Below, one piece after another: positions 57,179-64,000 of a DNA stretch of 64,000 nucleotides (position 1 is its first letter; each line of letters starts with the position of its first letter). Below the pieces are notes generated by a model. That model was not told where the DNA came from, did not search any database, and worked only from the letters and a program-made list of their open reading frames with translations. The DNA is from a virus, in the IMG/VR virus record IMGVR_UViG_3300032770_000005, positions 88,858 to 152,857 of that record; one strand, written 5' to 3'. The position numbers were made by a program, and so were the translations under genes.

Positions 57179-57655
57179 TTAGAGGACGAACTCGTCACGC
57201 TTCTGGTTCTGCTCCGCGGTCGCAGCGCGCTGACGCCGCTCGAACGCCAAGATCCTCTCCAGCGAGACGATGTCGACCGGCTCTCGCGCCGTACAGGCGA
57301 AGATCGCCGCCTCGCCGATCTCCATCATCTCCATCGCGGGGGACAAGCGTCGGCAGAAGCGGCGGATCTGCCGAGGCTGCTCCTCGACGCCCTTCGTGTA
57401 GCCCTCGGCCTCGGTGAGGATCGCAGTGTAGTGCGAGCACTGGGGCCGCGTGTCGGTCGCGATGCACACCAGGTTGTCCTCGTCGAGCCCCAGTGCCGCG
57501 GGCGGCGGCGATCCGCCTCCGATCATCACGCCGCCATCAGGCGCACGGACGACCGGCACGCCCCCGAGTTCGACGTAGTCAGACGAGCGCACCGCGAGCG
57601 GCTTCTGCCCCCGCGTACCTCCGCCCCCAACTTCGGCGCCAGCGTCGTCCGACAT
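57179..57655 (-). CDS. Cys-containing hypothetical protein, first gene of the - strand block
   Basis: VC..C.HY..RFC..FACTAR. Confidence 0.65.
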   Translation of the reverse strand: MSDDAGAEVGGGGTRGQKPLAVRSSDYVELGGVPVVRAPDGGVMIGGGSPPPAALGLDEDNLVCIATDTRPQCSHYTAILTEAEGYTKGVEEQPRQIRRFCRRLSPAMEMMEIGEAAIFACTAREPVDIVSLERILAFERRQRAATAEQNQKRDEFVL

Positions 57656-58080
57656 CGAGGCGACCCTACGCGCTGCGCATGCCACGCGGCAAGCGCCGGG
57701 GAGCTTATCACTGCTGCTTTTGCAGCAAAAAGCTGGCGCCGCATAACAGCAGAACGAGGTCCAGACATGAACTTAGTGGGCCTCCAGTCCGGCTCCGGCC
57801 CGGTCGTCCCGGATGTTCACTCGGCAGCCGACGAGAGATCGCGCCCCATCTCGCCATGCCACCGCCGCGACGCAGCCGGCCGCTGGGGGCTGCGCGGCAG
57901 CCGCGCGGTAGACGCCGGCCGCGACGCGGAGGCGTGCGGCTCGCTCGGGCCGGCCGGCCGAGACGAGCGGAGGCGCGGAGACTCGGCGAGCGGCGAACCG
58001 GCCGGGCCGTCGCCACGGTCCCGGCGCCTCCCGGGAGAGAGGAGAGAGCTGCCGCGGTGTGAGAATGCTCACGCTTAGCC

Positions 58081-58109
58081 TTGCATTCGCCGCGCGGCGG
58101 TTGTATGCT
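58081..58109 (+). promoter_or_regulatory. sigma70-like promoter for the rightward operon
   Basis: TTGCAT-17 nt-TATGCT. Confidence 0.6.
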
Positions 58110-58451
58110 GTGTCCGGTCAACCTAAGGACCTCTCCCGAGGTGCCCTGGGGTGACTGCGGCTCACCGTGACCCTTCGGGGCTGGTCGGCCGGTGTCGTGG
58201 AGCGGATCCCGTGACCAGCCGTCGGCACGCTAGCATGCCGCCAGCTGTAGGAACACCCTCCCCGTCACCGACCGGCTGCCCCTGGCAATAGCCGGGGTCT
58301 CCTGCCTGCGTCCGCGGGCATGGGCAGGGACGGTGAGAGGCTAAGAGGCACGGGCGTCCACGCCTGCGTGCTCGGACTTGGTCCCCCGAGGAACCATGGC
58401 CGAGCACGGAGTCGTGGAACCGCGGATGCGAGGCGTCCGGGAGGTGTGCCC

Positions 58452-58892
58452 ATGAAGATCGAGATCGAGGAGACGCCGGAGACGATCGCGGCGGACGAGC
58501 GTCTGGCCGAGACGCGTCGGGCGTGGGCTGCTCTGAGCGCCGACGAGCGCCGCAACCGCATCGCGGAAGCGGCGGCACTCGGACGCCTCGACGCGATCAA
58601 GGCGTACCGCGCTACGAGCGGCGCCGAGCTGGGCGAGGCGGTGCGCACGATCGACGCCGCGATCGCGGCGGCGGCGGCGGCGGCGCCCCTCACGCTCGGA
58701 CAGCGCTTGCGGCTGCCAGCCGGGCACAAGGTGGGCATGGGACGCCTACGTCACGCGGTCGAGGCGACGATCTCCCGCGTCGACACCGACGATCACGGTC
58801 GCCCGTTCTACGCCGTGCGCTACATGTCGACGAAGGAGACGGAGCGCTCGACGTGGCTCACGCATGTGGAGGCGATCGCCTATGCGCGCTGA
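58452..58892 (+). CDS. hypothetical protein with ribosomal L7/L12-like motif
   Basis: GGAGG RBS; LDAIKAYRATSGAELGEAVRTID. Confidence 0.55.
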   Translation: MKIEIEETPETIAADERLAETRRAWAALSADERRNRIAEAAALGRLDAIKAYRATSGAELGEAVRTIDAAIAAAAAAAPLTLGQRLRLPAGHKVGMGRLRHAVEATISRVDTDDHGRPFYAVRYMSTKETERSTWLTHVEAIAYAR

Positions 58893-58926
58893 GGGCGGCG
58901 GCAGGGTGGCTCGCCCCGCCCGGCGC

Positions 58927-59109
58927 ATGCTCTATGTCGCCTCGCACACGCGTGCAGGCGTCCACGCTGTCGAGCGGTGTGCGACTCACGCGCAAGCGGA
59001 AGAGGTGTACGCGCGCCTCGACCCTCAGAGCTACGCCAAGCGCGCGATGCTGTACGCGACATCGACGCGTGAGGCGCTGCGCATCGTGGCGCGCGCGTGG
59101 GGGCCCTGA
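58927..59109 (+). CDS. small hypothetical protein
   Basis: coupled ORF. Confidence 0.45.
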   Translation: MLYVASHTRAGVHAVERCATHAQAEEVYARLDPQSYAKRAMLYATSTREALRIVARAWGP

Positions 59110-59321
59110 TGAGCAAGAGCAGCAAGAGCCTGCATCACGCCGTCGGCAAGACCGTCGCGTGCATCGACGTCGAGCGGGTGCACCTCACGACGTACGACGC
59201 GCGGCGCACTCCCTCGATCACGGCGATCGTGTTCACCGACGGCTCGCGCATCGCGTTCGGTGCGATGGAAGTCGAGCACGGCGACCCGGTTCCCACCGCG
59301 ACGTACTATCCGGAGCGATGA
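59109..59321 (+). CDS. small hypothetical protein
   Basis: coupled ORF. Confidence 0.55.
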   Translation: MSKSSKSLHHAVGKTVACIDVERVHLTTYDARRTPSITAIVFTDGSRIAFGAMEVEHGDPVPTATYYPER

Positions 59322-59620
59322 CCATGGACGCGAAGCCGAAGCAGGCTCGGACAAGGTGCGGCCCGATCGAGGGCATCCTGCGGCGCGAGCCGCTCCGGCT
59401 CGCCATGAGCCAGGCGCCCCAGATTGGGCGCCTCTACGTCTGCCGTAACACGGCGCCGCCAGGATGGGCGGGCGACACCGTGCGCGTGCTCGGCGTGTGC
59501 GTCGAGAAGAAGACCGCGCGCGTCGAGGAGATGGACGGGCGCTACAAGACCGAGGGCGAACCTCTGTACACCACCGTCGTGCACTGGGACGACCTGATCC
59601 TCGATCCGAGGGCGTCGTGA
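59318..59620 (+). CDS. small hypothetical protein
   Basis: coupled ORF. Confidence 0.5.
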   Translation: MTMDAKPKQARTRCGPIEGILRREPLRLAMSQAPQIGRLYVCRNTAPPGWAGDTVRVLGVCVEKKTARVEEMDGRYKTEGEPLYTTVVHWDDLILDPRAS

Positions 59621-60033
59621 ACCGACGCAGCCCGCTTGAGAGCATCCTCCGCCGCGCCTACACGGGCGAGTCGATCGAGATGACCGAGCGGCGGCGGCGG
59701 GCGATCAGGCGCATGGTCTCGCTCGGCTGGCTCACGAGTCGAGGGGCCGGTGCCTACGGCATCACGCATGCTGGCCGGCTCGCGCACGAGCGTGGCGAGG
59801 CGCTCGCCGCGAAGCAGCGGCATGCGTGCTCGATCGAGCACGTGCGGACGGGCATCGTGGCCGGCACGGGGACGACGGCCGATGCGGCCTGGCTGAGCGC
59901 CGCGTCGCGCGGCGTCACCGGCGGCGCGGACTGGCAGATCGTGCCTTGGCGCCCCGAGCATGCTCATCGCCTGATGCAACGACCGTGCGCCGAGCATGGG
60001 CGCGTGCCCTGCTCGACGTGCCTGGACACCTAG
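59617..60033 (+). CDS. winged-helix-like hypothetical protein
   Basis: RRMVSLGWL..AYGITHAGR. Confidence 0.45.
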   Translation: MNRRSPLESILRRAYTGESIEMTERRRRAIRRMVSLGWLTSRGAGAYGITHAGRLAHERGEALAAKQRHACSIEHVRTGIVAGTGTTADAAWLSAASRGVTGGADWQIVPWRPEHAHRLMQRPCAEHGRVPCSTCLDT

Positions 60034-60119
60034 TCGTTCGTTGGTGCCCTTCGAGGCCCTGGCACGCCGGACCTCGTAGGGTGACGATGACCGCCACCAC
60101 CACCACCACGGAGATCCAC

Positions 60120-60530
60120 ATGACCGAGACCACCGAGACCACGCGCAAGACCATCACCATCACCATGAGCGAGCGGCGTCCGCTCCGGATCGTGGACGAC
60201 GAATGGCCCGTGATCGCCAGCGCCCGCGACTGGAATGGCGAGCACGAATTCCAGGCAAACCGCATCGACACGGTGCGTGTGCGCGAGCACGCCGATGGGC
60301 GACGCATCGTCACTGCGACGCATCTCGCTGGCGGCGGCGGCATGCGACGCGAGGAGCGCGAGATCCGCGCCGGATTCCTCGTCCCCGCGTCGAACGAGGA
60401 TGCGGCCGACGGCACGAAGATGCCCGACGAGGACGAGACGATTCGCGCGATCCGTCGTGCGGCGGGCGTGATCGGTCGCGACGACCTCGCCGCCGAGTGC
60501 ATCGGCGATCTTCCCGCCGAGGAGATCTGA
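60120..60530 (+). CDS. conserved phage hypothetical protein
   Basis: ITMSERRPLRI..EWPVIA..VREHADGRRIV..ECIGDLPAEEI. Confidence 0.7.
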   Translation: MTETTETTRKTITITMSERRPLRIVDDEWPVIASARDWNGEHEFQANRIDTVRVREHADGRRIVTATHLAGGGGMRREEREIRAGFLVPASNEDAADGTKMPDEDETIRAIRRAAGVIGRDDLAAECIGDLPAEEI

Positions 60531-60612
60531 CGTCACACGCGCGGCTCGCCCGCGCGCCGCTCTCGACTCGTCGAGGCCGGCGCGGGCGCGAGGCGCTCAG
60601 AGGAGAGGAACG

Positions 60613-60831
60613 GTGATCGAAGTGCGAGACGAGAACGGCGACCCGCATCAGTACGACCCGGACGGGTCGCTCGCAGAGATCGCCGCGGAGCTGGCCGCGT
60701 CGGGGTGGAGCGGCAAGCTGCGCGTCCTCGACAGTCACGGCTTCACCCGCGGGTGGATCGCGGTCGGTGAGTACCTCGCCGGCTCGATCCCCGACGGCCG
60801 CGATCCCGTGATCGATTGGCGGAGCGCCTGA
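60613..60831 (+). CDS. small hypothetical protein
   Basis: AGGAGAGG RBS. Confidence 0.6.
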   Translation: MIEVRDENGDPHQYDPDGSLAEIAAELAASGWSGKLRVLDSHGFTRGWIAVGEYLAGSIPDGRDPVIDWRSA

Positions 60832-61280
60832 TGGCTGCCGCCACAACGCCCGGCCCCGGGAAGCTGTACGGGCCATGCGTCGAGCCGTGCGCACACATCG
60901 ACTGCGCGTGTGCTCGTCGCGAAGCTGCCGCGCTGTGCATCGTGTGCGGCGAGCCGATCGGCTACGACCGGCTCTGGTACCAGACGGACGAAGGAGCGGC
61001 GCACGCGCCGTGCCTCGAAGCGCGCGAAGCGGAGCGTCGCTCGACGGTCGATCTGTGGATCGGGAAGTGCTACGACGGCGGCCTCACAGCCGAGCGCGCG
61101 CTGGAGCTGGTCGCGCGAGCGGAGCCGGGCGAGACCGTCCGCGTCGAGCGGGGCGGCGTCGAGCTGGCTGTCTCGGCCGATCTCGACATGGGGTGCCTCG
61201 TGATGCGAGCGCCCGACGGCGAGATCGTGGCGATCGGCGAGCCGGTCGACGTCGACACGCTCGATCGGTGGGTGGAATGA
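60831..61280 (+). CDS. Cys/His-rich hypothetical protein
   Basis: GPC..C.H.DC..C..CGEPIG..H..C. Confidence 0.6.
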   Translation: MAAATTPGPGKLYGPCVEPCAHIDCACARREAAALCIVCGEPIGYDRLWYQTDEGAAHAPCLEAREAERRSTVDLWIGKCYDGGLTAERALELVARAEPGETVRVERGGVELAVSADLDMGCLVMRAPDGEIVAIGEPVDVDTLDRWVE

Positions 61281-61504
61281 CCGGCGACGCGGCGCGAGCG
61301 ATGGTCGCGACGGCACGCGTCGCGGCCGACACGGGCGACGTCGATAGGGCGATCCGACTGCTGTGGTCTCTCGCCGACGAAGATCGGAGAGCGAGCTTGC
61401 CGTACGACGTAGGCATGCGCTTCGACGAGACCGTCGGCGCCATCGAGCGACACGGCGGAGGCGACAGGCTGAGGGCGTACTTTCGCGAAAGGGTCGAGTC
61501 ATGA
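61277..61504 (+). CDS. small hypothetical protein
   Basis: coupled ORF. Confidence 0.5.
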   Translation: MTGDAARAMVATARVAADTGDVDRAIRLLWSLADEDRRASLPYDVGMRFDETVGAIERHGGGDRLRAYFRERVES

Positions 61505-61890
61505 CGGACATCAAGAAGGCACGCGAGACGATGGACATGATCGAGCGCATCCATGGGATCGGCTTCGCGTCCGGCGCGCAGCGGGCGCTGGACAAGTACG
61601 ACGATCTCGTACTCACTCACCGGCACGACGGCGTTCTGGTCGACGCGCTGCGCGCCGGCTTCCGCGACGGCTTCGTCAGTGGCGTGCGCTACGCACTCCA
61701 CCGGTGCGGCTCCGAGCTGCAAGCGCTGCGCCACGTGCTGTCCATCGAGCGGGCCGGCGCTCGTGACGATGACGACGAGACGCGGCGGCGCATCGCGGCC
61801 AGCATCACCGAGTGGGAGCGGGCCGAAGCCTGCGTCCATGCGCTTCTGAACGACTTCGACGACTGGGTGAAGGCCAAGGAAGGTCGCTAG
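61501..61890 (+). CDS. hypothetical protein
   Basis: coupled ORF. Confidence 0.6.
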   Translation: MTDIKKARETMDMIERIHGIGFASGAQRALDKYDDLVLTHRHDGVLVDALRAGFRDGFVSGVRYALHRCGSELQALRHVLSIERAGARDDDDETRRRIAASITEWERAEACVHALLNDFDDWVKAKEGR

Positions 61891-61994
61891 AACAGCCGGC
61901 GCGCATGGCGCCGTCTGCCGCCGATCTCCCCTCGGCGGCAGACGGGGCCATGAGCCTCCGCTGCACAGTGCAGCGGTACACCTGGAGCAAGAGC

Positions 61995-63191
61995 ATGCAG
62001 CACACCGAACAAACCAACCACGCACGGCCGGCTCCGGAGCCTCCGCTCCGGACGCTGCCGGACCAGACCGCCGAGTGGCGTCCCTGCGGCGCCAATCCGC
62101 TGAGCTGGGACGAGGCGCGGCAGGCCATCGCGGAGGCCGACGCGAAGGATGGCGCCCGCACCGACATCGGCGTCGGCGATCTCTCGTCGTGGGTCCTCGG
62201 GCCCGGTCCGGGCGGCGTCGCCAGTCTCGTCGCGGTGCCGGTGCCCGGCCGGCCGCGGAGCGCGCCCGTGCCGATGCGCCGAGCCGCGTTCGGGCAGTTG
62301 GCCGAGGCGATCGGCGCGCCGTCCGCGTACCTGCTCAAGCTGCCGGCCCGGACGGCGGTGGCGTGCATCGCGCACGGCATGCAGCAGATCCCCCAGCGCC
62401 AGGCGGCGCGCTTGCTGCGCATGGCTCGCGGCGAGGTCAGGGCGGTCGCGTCCGACAGCTACGCGCCGCTCGACAACGAGCTGGTCATGGACACCCTGGA
62501 GTCGACGCTCCGCGCGCAGGGCATCCTGCGCGACGTGCGCGTGACGGATCTGTCGCTCGGCCCGACGACCGGCATGCGGCTGACGCTGCCCAGCCGCGAC
62601 AAGGCCGTGCGCGTCGGCGACGTCGTGGCGCTCGGGCTCGACGTGCTCAACGGGGAGATCCTCAACCGGTCGCTGAGCATCACGCCGGCCACCTACCGGC
62701 TCGTCTGCCTCAACGGCATGCGGTCGGCGGACGTCCAGGGGATCCGTCGCTTCCGCCACGTCGGCGACCCGCGGCGCCTGGCCGAGGCGTTCGCCGACGC
62801 GGTGCCCGTCGCCCTCGCGGAGGCGGAAGGGCTGCGCACCCGGATGGCGCGAGCGGTGGACGTGCTGGTCGACGACATCCTCGCCGACATCGACGGGCTC
62901 GATGCGTTCGGGCTCACGCAGACGGACGCGGACGCGGCGGCGCGAGATCTGTTCAGCGAGCGCGGCGTAGCGCTGCCCGAGGATCGTTCCGAGTGGGGCG
63001 CGCTGCCCGAGGTGCACGAGGCCCGCGTGAGCGTGTGGGACGTGGCGAACGCGATCACCCACTCGGCGCAGCGGCACACGCGCGAGGTCATCGACGTCAC
63101 GACGGGCGAGCGCTCGCAGCTGCCCGGCACCGACCGCCGGCTCGCGCTGGAGAGCGCGGCGGGCGCCTACCTGATGAGGCGCACGCGCTGA
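61995..63191 (+). CDS. DUF932/DUF945-like protein
   Basis: RAVASDSYAPLDN..NGEI..YRLVCLNGM..RHVG..WDVANAITH. Confidence 0.75.
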   Translation: MQHTEQTNHARPAPEPPLRTLPDQTAEWRPCGANPLSWDEARQAIAEADAKDGARTDIGVGDLSSWVLGPGPGGVASLVAVPVPGRPRSAPVPMRRAAFGQLAEAIGAPSAYLLKLPARTAVACIAHGMQQIPQRQAARLLRMARGEVRAVASDSYAPLDNELVMDTLESTLRAQGILRDVRVTDLSLGPTTGMRLTLPSRDKAVRVGDVVALGLDVLNGEILNRSLSITPATYRLVCLNGMRSADVQGIRRFRHVGDPRRLAEAFADAVPVALAEAEGLRTRMARAVDVLVDDILADIDGLDAFGLTQTDADAAARDLFSERGVALPEDRSEWGALPEVHEARVSVWDVANAITHSAQRHTREVIDVTTGERSQLPGTDRRLALESAAGAYLMRRTR

Positions 63192-63286
63192 TCGCAGTGC
63201 GTCCGACCCTCGGGTCGGGCGCACCCTCGGACGGTCGAGCGGTCGAGCGTCCGAGGGTGCGAGGCACCGGAAGAGAGACACTGAGC

Positions 63287-64000
63287 ATGAGTTTCCAACT
63301 GCCGAAGGGCCGCGCGCTCATGCTGCGCACGTGCGACATTGACATGTGCGGGCATGGTGGCTTCGCGTGGCCCGCCGCGGGTCTCGTGGAGGCGCCGGAC
63401 TGGAATCCCGAGCCCGCATGCGGCGGGGGCCTGCACGGTCTGCTGTGGGGCGACGGAGACGCGTCGCAGCTCAAGCACGAGGACGCGACGCGTCGCTGGC
63501 TCGTGTGCGAGGTCGTGGAGAGCGAGGTCGTTCAGATCCGGCGTAAGGTCAAGGTCCCGCGCGCGTGGGTCGTGTACGTGGGTGACCGCGACGGCGCGAT
63601 CGCGATGATCCAGGCGCACGCGCCTGTGGGGACGCCAGTCGTGTTCGCGAAGGCCACGGCCGGCTGCGCGGGCACGGCCACGGCCGGCGACTGGGGCACG
63701 GCCACGGCCGGCTACGCGGGCACGGCCACGGCCGGCTGCGCGGGCACGGCCACGGCCGGCGACTGGGGCACGGCCACGGCCGGCGATCGGGGCACGGCCA
63801 CGGCCGGCTACGCGGGCACGGCCACGGCCGGCGATCGGGGCACGGCCACGGCCGGCTACGCGGGCACGGCCACGGCCGGCGATCGCGGCACGGCCACGGC
63901 CGGCTACGCGGGCACGGCCACGGCCGGCGATCGGGGCACGGCCACGGCCGGCTACGCGGGCACGGCCACGGCCGGCTACGCGGGCACGGCCACGGCCGGC
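63287..64000 (+). CDS. ice-nucleation-protein-like (InaZ-type N-domain plus octapeptide repeats), truncated by window end
   Basis: not in ORF track (no stop); ALMLRTC..M..HGGF.WP..G.VE..DW..GLHGLLWG.G..RWLVCEV..VKVPRA.VV.VGDR then (AG[YA/DR/DW/CA]GTAT)n. Confidence 0.75.
   Translation, partial: MSFQLPKGRALMLRTCDIDMCGHGGFAWPAAGLVEAPDWNPEPACGGGLHGLLWGDGDASQLKHEDATRRWLVCEVVESEVVQIRRKVKVPRAWVVYVGDRDGAIAMIQAHAPVGTPVVFAKATAGCAGTATAGDWGTATAGYAGTATAGCAGTATAGDWGTATAGDRGTATAGYAGTATAGDRGTATAGYAGTATAGDRGTATAGYAGTATAGDRGTATAGYAGTATAGYAGTATAG
63653..64000 (+). repeat. 24-bp in-frame tandem repeat, at least 14 units
   Basis: gccacggccggcNNNNNNggcacg; only the two central codons vary. Confidence 0.95.

Noticed and set aside
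63653-64000. 24-bp repeat as a CRISPR array or DGR variable region
   Set aside because: In-frame coding repeat with a few recurring two-codon variants; no RT gene in the window
1-64000. tRNA, rRNA, integrase, transposase, Walker-A packaging ATPase
   Set aside because: None recognised by eye; tRNAscan and HMM searches are needed to exclude them

Overview
High-GC DNA that reads as part of a large virus genome, probably infecting a Myxococcota/Polyangiaceae host (inferred from one winged-helix DNA-binding protein and the base composition). All calls are by eye; no database searches were run. Layout: (1) 1-7.0 kb, + strand effector-like genes (MazG-like, ADP-ribosyltransferase-like, PcfJ-like). 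(2) 7.4-14.7 kb, - strand DNA/nucleotide metabolism (PD-(D/E)xK nuclease, Tad2/DUF2829-like, 5'-3' exonuclease, ThyX, DUF1643). (3) A 20-repeat CRISPR-like array at 16967-18352 with no cas gene in the window, plus 18 further copies of the same 36-bp repeat in five intergenic clusters oriented with local transcription. (4) A ~35 kb - strand block (23-57.7 kb) that looks like the structural module of a tailless, membrane-containing virus: putative capsid proteins, a transglutaminase-like Cys protease, protamine/H1-like proteins and many membrane proteins. These carry two short recurring motifs, G-[LMFV]-G-[QADE] and [VLMI]-x-x-N in Arg-rich context, on opposite sides of their TM segments. (5) 58.4-64 kb, + strand early-type small genes, a DUF932-like gene and an InaZ ice-nucleation-like protein that runs off the window. 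No terminase, portal, tail, packaging ATPase, integrase, polymerase or cas gene was recognised.
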